This document shows, in pieces, positions 1 through 12,419 of a stretch of 64,000 nt of DNA. A program made the translations under genes and the position numbers. The stretch comes from Octopus vulgaris (Eukaryota): the NCBI GenBank assembly GCA_951406725.2, contig OX597814.1:129518001-129582000 (forward strand). The letters are read 5' to 3'. A model generated the notes under the pieces. The model saw nothing but the letters and a program-made list of their open reading frames with translations. It had not been told where the DNA came from and did not search any database. How positions within the stretch are numbered: position 1 is the first letter of the stretch; the number at the start of each line of letters is the position of its first letter.

Positions 1-10
1 ACACATACAC

Positions 11-43
<33 letters not shown>

Positions 44-67
44 CATGCATGTTTGTTTAAATATATA

Positions 68-906
68 TGTGTACATCAATAAGTATCCAGACTGGTGCCA
101 TAGTAACGAATCTAAAGCATACAGAGAAAAGTTGCTTAGCATAGATTGACCTTGAACTCTGCTGTGCTTGCACGTTAAGTTTTAACATTCTAGCTCACTA
201 CTGCTGTTTGCAGCAGTGCTTGGAAGGAAGGTGTGTAGCGCGTGATTGTCGCATTGAACGTGACACAGAAAGTTGTCATGGCAATACTTGCTCAAAGTTG
301 CAGAAAGTTCAGTCATTTCCAAAATGGCCGAAAAAATGTCGATATTGATGAACATTCTGGGGGACCCGCAACCAGCAGAACTGAGAAAGACATTGCTAAA
401 GTGTGTGTAGCTGTGAGGGGGAAATTGTCGAATCACCATCCGCGAGTTATAAGAGGATGTACAGATTAGTTACAGTTCAGTTCAGTCCATTATCACTGAA
501 GATTTGGGTATGAGACGTATGTCTACCAAGTTTATGCTAAAACTGCTTTCAGCTGACCAAAAAGACACTTGGGTTTCAGTTGCACAAGATCTCTTTGAAT
601 ATATCAAGAATGATAAACAACGTTTTGAAAACTTTCCATAGGCCTCTGAGTAGGTATCACCAAGCTTTTGGCAAAACTTGATACAGACTCTCTGCTCAAA
701 TTTCTCTGTCATGGTCAATGCAACAATCACACACTACACACCTTCCTTCCAAGCACTGCTGTAAACAGTGGAAGTGAGCTAGAATGTTAAAACTTAGTGC
801 ACATGCACAGCTTAGTGGATGGTCAATCTGTGTCAAGTGGTTTTATTTTGTGTGTTTTAGTTTCATTATTATGATAACAGTCCAGATACTTATTGATCAG
901 ACCACA
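68..906. mobile_element. Mariner-derived element with about 200-bp inverted arms (two 5' ends)
   Basis: 75-272 is the inverted counterpart of about 697-897; + strand fragments FSHFQNGRKNVDIDEHSGGPATSRT and ITEDLGMRRMSTKF; - strand start MTEKFEQRVCIKFCQKLG, both mariner N-terminal sequence. Confidence 0.85.
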
Positions 907-999
907 TTTATCTGTATATGTATACATGTGTGTGTGTGTGTGAATGTGTGTGTGTGTGTGTGAATGTGTGTGTGTGTGTGTGAATGTGTGTATGTATGA

Positions 1000-1270
1000 T
1001 TTTGTCTCCTTGTCTTGACATCATGTGATAATCGTAAATGAGTCTCACTCTCATACAAGCAGTGTCATTTATTTCCCATATTCTGTGAAATCATGTCCAG
1101 CCATCGGAAAATACTACCTTCCTTGGAAATAAGTGTGGGTTGGGGACAAATAGGCATCTAACCATTGAAAATCTGCCTCAGTAATTCCATCCAACCCATG
1201 TAGGCATGGAAGAAAAGGATGTTCAAATGACGACGACGACGACGATGATGATGATAATGATGATGATGAT
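1000..1270 (+). mobile_element. SINE-like 3' part with RTE-type (GAT/GAC)n tail
   Basis: Ends ccatccaacccatgtaggcatgg..aaatgacgacgacgatgat, sharing the RTE 3' terminus; related copy at about 14870-15200. Confidence 0.55.
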
Positions 1271-1394
1271 ATATATATAATGCACAAAAAGTTCAAAATT
1301 CAAACAAATGAAATAACCTTAATCAATTCAATGCCCATTTGTGCGTGAAATAAAATTGCAAATATATTCTTTCTTTATTATTAATGCAAGATTA

Positions 1395-1915
1395 AAAAGA
1401 AAAGAGTAGGAAGGAGTCTCCTGAAGGACTCCTTCATGGTTTGTTCCTCACAGAAGGATCATTTCATGGTTTGTTCCTCAGAGAAGACATACTCAGCTTC
1501 CTTCCCCAATCAGTGGCACAGATCAACTTTAAAAAGTATTCATAAATTAGGTTTGCACAGTAGTGGCTAACCTAATTTGCACTGTTATTTCACATATCAA
1601 TAGCTTAGAAAGAATATGGTTACATTCTTATATAATCCCCAGTGAGAAGTTGCAAAGATTGAATCTATTTCATTTTAAATTTAAAGGCTTTGTTGTGCAT
1701 AAAATTTAGTTTAATTAATGACTAGCCAGCAAAGACATAATATAAGCTATACTAGGTTATCCTTTAATATACTTCTTTAATTTATGATTGCATATTATAA
1801 CAGTTAATCTATGCTATTGATTGAGGAAGGAAGCTGAGTATGTCTTCTCTGATGATTGGTCAATAAACAAGGAAATGGTCTATCAGAAGACTCACCCTCC
1901 TTTTCTTTTCTATGC
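1395..1915. mobile_element. Non-coding element with inverted arms carrying hammerhead motifs (Penelope-like)
   Basis: 1481-1523 is the reverse complement of 1807-1849, and 1397-1424 of 1883-1910; hammerhead in the right arm, decayed and internally duplicated version in the left arm. Confidence 0.6.
1842..1891 (+). ncRNA. Minimal type I hammerhead ribozyme motif
   Basis: Stem I gtcttct/agaagac, core CTGATGA (1849-1855), short stem II ttg/caa, GAAA (1872-1875), short stem III, ATC cleavage triplet ending 1884. Confidence 0.6.
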
Positions 1916-1949
1916 ACATCAGTAACACAATAGGAATGTGTTAATATTC

Positions 1950-4100
1950 TCATTTAATCCACTGTTGGTCACACCTTGTCCCCATCAACTTCCCACCTGG
2001 ATATAAGCAAAAGATATTTTCACTTACTCAGGCTTGGTCTTAATCCTCACTTCTCAAATACATCGGCTTGCCTCCAATATTAAACTGGAATTACTCTAAC
2101 CCCTAACAACTCAGTGATCATATGTTTGCTTGCATTGAGAACATCTATCTTAGATCATCCTACACAAGTCATTTTCTGTGCTTGGTTCTCACATTCACTT
2201 CATACATCAGTGCAGAAATTATATCATTTACAGTTACCAACACTTCGGCTAATTTTGTTCCTGACCAACATATAGATACTCTAAAGTCCTTTGATTCTTT
2301 TCTCACCTCCAAACTGAACATCAACCAGACCATAATTGTTTCTGTATCTATTGAATTGGCATGACTATTCATCACACATTGACATGTGACACAATGATCC
2401 CCTCCACCTCTCAGAAGCTATGGCATTTCAAGTCCCCTGACTTGCAAAGTTCCACCAGTTTTATATTATCCTTGGTAGCATATGTACTTCACTCCAATGC
2501 ATCAGAAAGCTTGGCAATGAATAAAACACATTTCTTAATCATATTCTTCCACATCTCACACACACCAAGAATTCAAATCCCAAGTACCCCCATGTGAATC
2601 ACTTATAGCTACACTGCCGTAGCTGAGGCGAAAAGCACAACCTACCACATATTATGAAAATCTTCCATTATAACAAACCAGACAGCTCTTACCCAGCACC
2701 ATAATTTCTGCAAGACCATTATCTGCATCACAAACGATGTAACTCTCTCTCTGTCTCTCTCTTCCTATACTGCAGTCAACACTTTTTTGGTCTTTTGCCA
2801 ATAAGATTTCTCCAACTTGGTAGAATTTTACTTTCCTTTGTTTCTCAAGCTTAACAGTTCTGTGAGCAATAACTTCTCAGAGAAAGCTTTCACATTTACT
2901 TCTTGCTTTTCATCTAGTTCCACAGTTCACAAATTAAATAAATCTCTTTCAAAGTTTTTCCTTTCCATTCCAGCAGATTTATCACCAAACACAAATATAT
3001 GCCAAGTAAGAAAGTGCCTCAAGTTACTTCAAACCTAAAGCTGCCAATCCTATGTCTCTCCCAATAACTTTAGACAATATGTCCCATCATCACCAGCCCT
3101 ATTGTCAACTACCCATTCATCAACTCATTCATTACAAGGATACATCCTGACCATTGGATACATGGCACAGTTTGTCCAATATCCAAGAAAGATAACCCCT
3201 TTGATGTTGCCAACAGCTGACCTACAGCAGTCATTTTACAAAAACCTCAAAATTATAGAACACTTCTACAACACCTTGAATTTTCTCTCACCTTAATGAC
3301 CACAAGTATGGCTTTCATAATGCCAGATCTGCTGGAGATTTACTCTCCATCAGCAGGCTCTCACTCTTGAGAAATTTGGAGAAAGTAGTATTGTTGATCT
3401 CAACATTAGTAGTGTTTGATGGTAAGTCTCCAGTCAAAACTGTTTGCCTATGGGTTCCTTCCATCTCTCATCTCTTGTATCAATAGTTTCCTGCCAGATC
3501 ATATTGCCAGGGAATGACACAGACACACATCCTGCTAACACTGGTGTGTTCCAGATTTCTATTTTTCTCTCTGCACTTTTATTCTAGTTCATCAATGGCC
3601 TACTTATTTCAACTCCATTAATTCCCATTCTAGCAAATATAAATCTACCTTTCATCCCTCCCTAACTAATCACACCCAAGTATTATCCATATGCAACTTA
3701 AATACTCTATACCAAATCTTCTCTGACTACTTGAACAAAGATCCCAAACATGTTCTCCAATGGGGGCCAGTCTTGTCTCTTCCAGTATATAGAGAACATT
3801 ACTCAAATTCTCAAAACCCTTGGGATCTCTTCAAATGCTCAGTCTCATTTGAACTAGGGATTTCTCTTGGCATGCACCCACAACTCCTAGCCCTTGACAA
3901 AGCCAAGTTGTGACTCACAATACAGTACTGCTTACACACTTGAGGTGGTGGTGTTGCTCTTTACATAGACATCTCAGAGTGCATCCAAAGACCATGCAAC
4001 ATGCAACACACCTCGTATATTGTGAAGAACAGACAGTTCTAGGATTACTGAAAGAGAATTTTACCAAACTGAACAATTTAATAACAATTATTGGATATTG
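1950..4100 (+). mobile_element. Highly degraded CR1/L2-clade LINE (RT remnants)
   Basis: Broken RT motifs: KKDNPFDVAN/RP-like at about 3180-3230, YGF..RSAGDLL at about 3305-3345, GVPQGS-like NTGVFQ..LF.FIN at about 3535-3600; many stops and frameshifts. Confidence 0.6.
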
Positions 4101-4664
4101 GCTCTTGCATGCTTATAGAACCATCACCATTTCTCAGCTGAAGAAACCAGAAATTCATGCCGCATGTTTGATCCTTACTATACTTCTAACATTGTTTTAT
4201 ATAGCCACATCTAAATTCTCTAATTTAGCTTTCATAAACCAGACTTTCAATATCAAATACTTTACAATCAATAGACTGGTGCTGATCTGCAGACATGTTG
4301 TCTCTTCTGCTACAGTGGTCTTTGCACTTCAGAGCTGATTGGTCTATTACCACATTCACTCAAGCACTCCTGATTCATTCATCTCTTTTCTATGTATTGC
4401 CCAGGCCCTGCATAAAACATTTTTCTCAGGTCTTTCTTCCTTCTCAAAACATTGGTCTTCTGGAATTCCTTCCATGCACATATTTTTTCTACAACTGTGG
4501 TCCTGTAAGTGTTGAAGTAGAATGTTAATGGTGTCAGTCTCACAAATTTCAAAGGGTCTGCATAGGCCATGTATAATTCCCTTTCTATAGTCCAAACTAA
4601 TAGAAAGAAAAACCAAACATTTTGTAATTCTTTCTTGTAATGTTATTTTTTTCCCAAATCCTTG

Positions 4665-5060
4665 TGGCTCCCATGTTGGTGGCATGTAAAAAGCACTATC
4701 CGAATGTGATCGATGCCAGGGCCGCCTGACTGGTTCCCATGCCAGTGGCACATGAAAAGCACCATTTGAATGTGGCTGATGCCAGTGCCCTCTGACTGGC
4801 TCCCGTGCCAGTGGCACATATAAAGCACTATCCAAACACAATTGATGCCAGTTACCCCTGACTGACTCCTGTGCTGGTGGTATGTAAAAAGCATCCACTA
4901 CACTCTCAGAGTGGTTGGCGTTTGGAAGGGCATCCAGCTGTAGAAACATTGCCAGATCAGATTGGAGCCTGGTGCAGCCAATGGCTTTCCAGATCTCAGT
5001 CAAACCATCCAACTCATACCAGCATGGAAAATGGATGTTAAATGACGACGATGATGATGA
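4665..5060 (+). mobile_element. RTE LINE 3' UTR fragment with tandem hairpin units and (GAT)n tail
   Basis: Reverse complement of the 3' end at 17287-17600; four gtggcacgtaaaaagcac-like units about 66 bp apart; ends ttaaatgacgacgatgatgat. Confidence 0.85.
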
Positions 5061-5489
5061 TCCCACCATAAATGATAAAATAAAATACCAGTTTAGCACT
5101 GAGGTCAATGGTACTGACCAGCACCTCCCTTCAAAACAGCTGACCTTGTGTCTGAAACTGAAACTTTTTTTCTCATACTAGCACCAAGTTCTGAAATTTT
5201 GTCGGAAAAGGTTTGTCCATTAAAATTGTTTTTGTCTGGTACTCTATTTTATCAACCTCCAAAAGAATGAAAGGCAAAATTGACCTTAGCAGGATTTGAA
5301 CACTGAATGTAAGAAGCCTAAAGAAATATTAGCAGTAAGATAAATTACCAGTCAAGACATGGGGGCAGTTTTAGTCAACTAACCCCACCCACCAGAAATT
5401 ATTATCACCTCCATCTGAGACAGTACTACTATCACTACCATGGTCATTATCAATGCTGGTATCAGCATTTGTGGCAACATCAACAGCAG

Positions 5490-5655
5490 TGGAGGTGCAA
5501 TGGCCCAGTGGTTAGGGTAGCGGACTTGCGGTCATAAGAACGTGGTTTTGATTCCCAGACTGGGCATTGTAAGTGTTTATTGAGCTCCAGGGGCGGGGAC
5601 AAACCCCGCTCTACTCTTTCACCACAACTTTCTCTCACTTTCTTCCTACTTCTGC
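5490..5655 (+). mobile_element. tRNA-derived SINE (truncated)
   Basis: ggaggtgcaatggcccagtggttagggtagcggact..ggttttgattcccagac head with A and B boxes; same family as 14327, 31617 and 49845. Confidence 0.8.
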
Positions 5656-6333
5656 CACAAAGCAGAGGAACCATGGTGTAACCTACTATAGTGTGGTAAA
5701 CTTTCAGACCCTAGTCTAGATTGCGAATCCTCTGTACCCCAGGATGGTTCAGCTCTCCACCCGTTAAAGGTCACCATTTACGGAATGAGGATGACAATGT
5801 AGCTCTCCCGCCCATGCAACTGCCAGTTTATCGCGTGTGGTGGGTGGATCTTCAAGTTGCCACACGCATTCTTAGTAGCTTAGAGCAGGCTCGAATTAGA
5901 GATTATTCTTTGTGGCTAATGGAGTGAGTCCTGATTGGAAGAAGAAGAAAAGGAAAGACATCAACAGCAGTAGAAAGGCAAACAAGAGCAATAGAAAAGA
6001 AGCAGCAGCAGCAGCAGCAATATCAGCATTTAAGGATATTGCTGGAGACTGATTTGATCTTGATTCATCAAAGTTCCTGAAAATGAAGTGAAATAGCAGG
6101 ATACATCACTAAGGACCATGTTGCACCACCAATGGAGTTTGTGGAAGGAAAACACAGAAGATCAGAAGACATATATTTGCTTCCCAAGAAACAAATATAA
6201 GATTTCAATTTCCTCACAAAGACAGATTTCTAAGAGTTCCTTTCCAATGTGTAGCTGGAGGTCTGTTATATTGAACGGGACCAGAGTATGGAACAGTAAA
6301 CCTGGTACTGAAAACAAAGGAGGAGCCAACATA

Positions 6334-6584
6334 TTGGGCTGGTGCATAATTATTGCGCCTTTTTTCCAACAAATTTTATTCAACAAAAACAATGACAACA
6401 TGTAACAAAAACATCTTTAAATGATTATTCCAAAGCATATTCACCATCTACTTCAATTACTGCTTCCCATTTGCTTGGCTGGTAGTCAGACCATCATTGA
6501 AAGACGTTTTTGTTAAATATTGTTATTGTTTTTGTTGAATAAAATTTGTTGAAAAAAAGCCGCAATAATTATGCACCAACCCAA
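6334..6584. mobile_element. Mariner MITE with about 90-bp TIRs (two 3' ends)
   Basis: TA-flanked ttgggctggtgcataattattgcg ... cgcaataattatgcaccaacccaa; internal minus-strand QPSKWEAVIEVDGEYALE* resembles a mariner C-terminus. Confidence 0.85.
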
Positions 6585-6779
6585 TATATTGTTCATGTAA
6601 TATAGATTGACTTATAGACTGGTACTTGGTATAAGTGGCAAAGAAACCTGTGACAGTCATGGGGAGAGAATGAAGAAACATGAATGGTCATAATGTTTCC
6701 AAAGTAGTACATAGAAGTCGTGAAGTGATGAGAAATTCAGACAAAAAAGTATTGGTTAGGAGTTGGTAAGGACCTCCAA

Positions 6780-7600
6780 ATAATTTTTTATAAGTCTTAA
6801 GTATAATAAAGCTATTCTTGAGATATATCCCATCAAAGGTTCAGTGAAATTATTTGATTGGACTGGTGGTACAGAGCAGAAAACCAAAGTGCTACATGTG
6901 AGGCACCAAAACCCACCAAAGGGCTTTCTGCCCTTAAGAAGAAGACAAAAAATCAGGATAACAGACATCTGCAAAAGCAACAATAACCTAATCCTTCAGG
7001 GTAAAGCACAGGTGTATAAGATAAGGCTATTGCTGCTGGATACTAAAGACTAAAACACCACCAGTTCCCACTTCATGGATAACTAAAAAAACAAAAATAG
7101 GGAAGTCACTTCATCAACAGCACCTGTAGCTACAGAGGTGGCGACCCAAGGCTTGGAAACATATCTCCCTCCAGCACAGAGCCAGTAAGAAGTCTTAGTT
7201 AATATTCCTAATTTGTCTTGGAAAAATGGGGAGGAAAAGAAACCTGAGGATAATTGAAAACCAGGTAGGATGGTTAATGTATTGTGAAATAAAAAATAGC
7301 TATATCATGATAGAATGATGTTTGGAGTCTCTGATGGGAGACAGGTGGCTCTAGATGTGAATAACAGTATATGTCACACCGTAAGGCTGGTGGCCATCTA
7401 TGCCCCACTGAGGGGAGGTTGGTTAGATTTCTTCAAGTATCAGGAGACTTTTTTAATGATCTACTTGAAGGAGGAATGGCAGTCCCTAATTTTTTTAGGG
7501 CCTCTAAAACCAGTGTGAGGAAAGCAAAAAGTTGCTTGAGGAAAGCAAAAAATTGCTTGAAACAATGGATTCTGCTGAAGATGCCAAAGATATTCAAGAA
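6780..7600 (+). mobile_element. Degraded L1/Tx1-clade LINE (ORF1 zinc knuckle and endonuclease fragment)
   Basis: RKPKCYM*GTKTHQRAFCP at about 6878-6933 is CX2CX4HX4C with one Cys mutated to a stop; GRQVALDV..VRLVAIYAP..FF..ETFL (7315-7518) fits an APE endonuclease. Confidence 0.65.
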
Positions 7601-8183
7601 CCAGTAGGTAGCATTTTTCCAGTAGAGGGACTAAGTCTTCGACCTAAGAATAGAAACAGTTGATTTGATAGGCTTCCACAGTTTCTGTTTATCAAGTTTC
7701 ACTCACAAGGCTTTGATGGTTGATCTGAAACTGTGGTAGAAGACACTTGCCCAAAGTACTGCCTTGTAAGATGGGATTGAACTCAAGACAACATTGTTGC
7801 AAAGCAAACTTCATTGCCACTCAGCCACACCTGCACCCTAAATCTTAGTCTAAGAAAAGAGGAATTAAATAGCTAAAATATTTTATACGGAAATTATTAA
7901 ACCATATTCATGTGTATTTTCTTGTATTTATTTATTTTGCTTAATTATTATTTTTTGAATTCTCTGTCTGTCCTGCAACAATTTTCTTTTGATATGAAAA
8001 TAGTACTACTGACCCTGAAAAGAGGAATAATAAAAAAAAATAAAGATTATATTGTCAAATTTTTTATTACTGTGATGAACACATGTGACATGCATTGTAT
8101 AAGAATATTTGATTCATATAAATCAAGCAACAACTATTTAATATGGTATTAAATCTAGTGCAGTATATTTTATAACAACACTG

Positions 8184-8371
8184 TATTTTTTGCTGTGTCT
8201 GGGGAGAGTAATTTTCTTTTTGTGCCTTATAATTTAACACACTGACCGGTAAAATTTCCACTTATTTCTTATTTTTATTTTCCTAAAATTTATCGTGGAA
8301 ATTTTACCGGTGAGTGTGTTAAATTATAAGGCACAAAAAGAAAATGATTCTCCTCAGACACAACAGAATAT
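8184..8371. repeat. Fold-back inverted repeat (about 77-bp arms, 33-nt spacer)
   Basis: 8184-8261 and 8295-8371 are near-perfect reverse complements (ttttctttttgtgccttataatttaacacac / gtgtgttaaattataaggcacaaaaagaaaa). Confidence 0.85.
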
Positions 8372-10333
8372 GCTTCAACACACAAACTCATATAAAGAAT
8401 CTTGCAAACCAAATCCAAAAACGAAATACTGTATTTTTTATTTAACCAATATATATAATAAATGAAAATGCCAAAATACAATAGACTTTTAACATAGTTT
8501 CCACCAATTAGTTGTTGTTTTTTTTACAAGAGTTTAACTGTGGTGATATTTTATTTATTTTACTTTTGACATTTCCAGAATATTCTGTTCAATTCAAAGA
8601 TATATGTCTTGAATAAATGAGTGAGATAGTTAGATAATGTTCAATAAAATTTGTCAGTCTGACCTTATCCACTCACAGTCAAAGTGAAAACCTCTACATG
8701 GTCAATCAATTTGCCAGAAATAGCAATCAAATTTCTCAGAAATAAACACCCTGATGTCTTAAAAGTGAAACGGCACATTACATAATGTAATCATAGATAA
8801 ATAAGGGATTATTATGACTGGAATGCTTTCTTATCATAGGTCTGAATGATCAGCCCTGAATTAGGGCTATACAACAATAACAACAACAGCAATAATTATT
8901 TAGATCTTTTGAGTACATTTTGTTCATTAGTATTAGTAGGGGTAGTAGAATGGCATCTAAATACTGACCACACCAACTGGGGCTGGGTAGATAAGCATTT
9001 AGAATGGAGGGTTGCAAAAGTCACTGAAATCTACTCAGATATTTTCAGGTGCATCGACAGAGAATGAATGGATTATCTTCATGTACTTCAGTGCACGGAC
9101 TTTGGAAAATCAGAATAGGCCATCCAGATTGTACTTAGAATGTTTGTTTGTACAGCTGACCGAGTTAGTATAAGTAGTATACTTATTTTATGTATTTGAT
9201 TGCACAAAACAAGAGTTTATGATATGTATACTCAATGTAGATTGGAGTTTTTGAAAAGGAAGCAGTTACTAAAAGCTGAACATGCCATTTAAAGCATGGA
9301 GAGTATATATTTATTGGATTAGAGTATTAACTGAATGGTCATTGACAGGCATAATTATAACTAATGGATGATGGGTATGCCTGAAAAGGAAAATTAAAAT
9401 AGAATCTATTAAGAAACTGAAGTGCTGACAGGCAGCTACACCTGGGGCCAATTACAACCCCTTACCAAAGAATGAGACATATGGTGATCTCTTACTGATG
9501 TCATATGCTCCACAAAGAGTTATAGGATTAAGAAGAATCAGTGAAAAGCATTACATGCGGTGAGGTACTAGCTTATTTAACAGGAGCTGATAGGAAGGAT
9601 CTTATAGTCCAAGTGGTAATGGTCAGAATGGCACTTGATCATGTCTTCAATGCTAAACACAAAGCTGTGCTGTCCAAGATAAAGTGAAACTATACAAAAG
9701 GTGTTCAGTGAGTCAGAGTGAAACAATCATGTCATGACAACTGAGCCATGATATGCCTGTGTCATTAAGGTATCATGACATACCTATGTCACCATGATAT
9801 GGTGTTTAACAGACCATAGAGGTATGTGATATCTGATTGCAAGTAGATTTGTGCAGTTTTATCTGCAATATTTTGATAAGTTGTTTGAGAAGGGTGATGA
9901 ACTACAAAGAGTAGGCTTTGATGTCTATTTCAACAGCCTTCCACAAATCATGGTAAAAATGATAAAGTGAGAAAATCTGATTTCAGTAACTATTTCTGGT
10001 TGTGCAAGAGACAAGTCACCAAGATTGGATGGTCCATTTTCTCTACAAATTCTGTTCAGCATATGAGATTTGTTGGTCCAGGGAACAGGGTTGTCTGTAT
10101 TGTACAGTGGTAGCTGATTGGTAATAGTGGTAAATAGCCACCATCCTTGACTGTTTTGTATCTCATACTCAGTCAAATAGTGCTGCTTTCATTGTTTTTG
10201 TATGTTCTAGCTCTTGAGTTCAATTCCTGTGGTGACAAAAGCAACTAGCATCCTGGGGCAGAATTATCTCTCATCTGAGTTATAGGAACCAAAGACAGTC
10301 ACAAGTAACCTTGTGATTTGGGTAACACGAGAA

Positions 10334-11324
10334 TCTTACTATAATGTCCATCTGTCTGTCTGTTCCCTCTTCACAGTCAAACAGCTGGATCAATGGTCAC
10401 AAAGATTTTGAGACAAAGAAGGAGGTAATCAGGAATTTTGCTAGCAAAAGAAAGAGAAAAATGCAAAAAAGTATGATTATTTAGTGGATATTGAGTTTTG
10501 TATTAATAAATCACCTTTGATTTTTTTTTTTAATTCTGGTGATGAGAATTAACTCTGTATACTTTGTGAATTTAGAGGGTTTAGATTTGTGACACTGTCC
10601 CTTTATTTCCCATCATAGATAGGCAGATTTGCTATCTTACTATAATGAGCATTATGTCTGTCTGCCCATCTCTTTGTCTGTTTCCTCTTCACAGCCAAAT
10701 GGTATTTTTCGGGATTACAAAAACAGTTGTCAGGAAGGTTTTTAGCATTAAAAAATCAGAAAATACAATTATTTCATGGATATCGGTTTTTGAATCGATA
10801 AACCACCTTCGCATTTTTATTAAAAATTCACCGACCACTAGTAACTCTGGAGTTTCATCGTATAGTTCGTGGCCCCATCATAGATATGAAGGGGTTCATG
10901 AAGATGGTTAATAGTGAAAATAAAATGGAAAAAATGTGTGTCAGTATACAGTGTGTGCGATTATTTAGTGGTTATTGAAGTGTGTCAGTCTTAAGCAGGA
11001 TTCGAAATGGCTAATTGAAGTGGCTGTTGTTTACATCTCAATTTTGTCAATCAAAATAACCCATAGTACCAGAACATCCAGACATTATTCACACAGAACA
11101 ATGAGAGGTAAGTCTTAGTTTGATTTTTTGCAACCCTAAAGATTCCGCTCATGTATTCACAGCAAACAAGGCACAGGGCCAGACTTTAGATCGTGTAGGT
11201 ATATTTTTATCCACTCCTTACACATGGCCAGTTATACGTCACTATGAGTAGAGCAATGGACTCCAGTAATTTGAAAATTAGTGTCTACCAAACAGAAAAT
11301 ATCATCTACAAAGAAGTTTTGTAA
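10334..11324 (+). mobile_element. Non-autonomous Helitron: two tandem 5' ends and a Pif1 helicase C-terminal remnant
   Basis: a^TCttactataatg...tgtctgtctg starts at 10334 and 10635; 11150-11324 encodes VFTANKAQGQTLDRVGIFL then, after a frameshift, THGQLYVTMSR...TENIIYKEVL*. Confidence 0.8.
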
Positions 11325-12224
11325 TCATATTGATATTATCGAAAGGAATATGATTCATAATTTAAAGAAAATTTGTGAACTTTCAATGTATAAGAGTATA
11401 AACAAGCTTAAAATAATATAAACAACTAAAATAAAAGTATATCTAAATAATATTTTTGTCTTAATACTTTTTATGTAGTGGTTGAAAGAAGCTCTGGCCT
11501 TTATTAGGAGGGGTCCACATAACCATTCATGATACAGAGGATGGGAGCCTATTTCAGTTCGGGAGTGAATCATCATCACATATCACTTAGTTGCAATAGA
11601 ATGCTGTATCACCAACAATAATGTGATTTCTCTAAGACATCACCCAGTAATCTGTCAAGTCCATTTACACATTTCTCAGTACATACTGCTGTTATGACTT
11701 CCCTCTCTCATTTTATGCCTCCATTGTAGATGAGTAGATTTGCTAGTTCAGAGAATTTTCATATTTAATTTTACTCTTCAAAATTGCGACAAATTATTGA
11801 ACATCAAAATTAGTCATCATCATTGTTGTAATCATTCCAGTAATAATCTAGATCAGACCAAACACTGTGGATGCAGACATGGTGGTGTTGTTGAGATGTT
11901 CACTTCACAATCACCTTATGATACACTGTGTCTTCTACTAAATCTTTGAGCAGCCCAAACCATGTGACAGAAATTTGGTAGACAGAAACTTTTGTGGAAT
12001 TCTATCAGATGGCTATCACTGCATCATTCTGTCATTCTGTAGTAGCAAGTTTGATATCCTTGCTCTGTTGTATGACCCAGCCCAGTGGTATGGCTCATTA
12101 TATTTAGTAAGACTGGTAATGAGGTATTCAACTGAAGACCTGAACAAGGTAGTTGAAAAAGGTAACTGAAATGGTACTCCCTGATATCATTTTAATGATT
12201 TATTGCACAAGCCATGCAGAATCA

Positions 12225-12419
12225 CACAAGCTAAATATAGTCTCAAACCCAGTGTGATCATACTGACCAAATGTAATCGCACTAAGTAAATATTGCACAA
12301 GCTAAATATAGTCTCAAACCCAGTGTGACCAAATGTAATCGCACTAAGTAAATATTGCACAAGCTAAATATAGTCTCAAACCCAGTGTGACCAAATGTAA
12401 TCGCACTAAGTAAATATTG
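12225..12419. repeat. Tandem repeat, 3 units (71, 62, 62 bp)
   Basis: cacaagctaaatatagtctcaaacccagtgtgaccaaatgtaatcgcactaagtaaatattg at 12225, 12296 and 12358; unit 1 has a 9-bp insertion. Confidence 0.95.

Noticed and set aside
4356-5108. 250-aa ORF on the minus strand
   Set aside because: Antisense reading of an RTE 3' UTR tandem repeat; the same pseudo-peptide (FLQLDALPN) recurs at other copies.
9800-10320. Old LINE linker fragment on the minus strand
   Set aside because: Too degraded to assign motifs with confidence.
12225-12419. CRISPR array
   Set aside because: Pure tandem repeat with no unique spacers.
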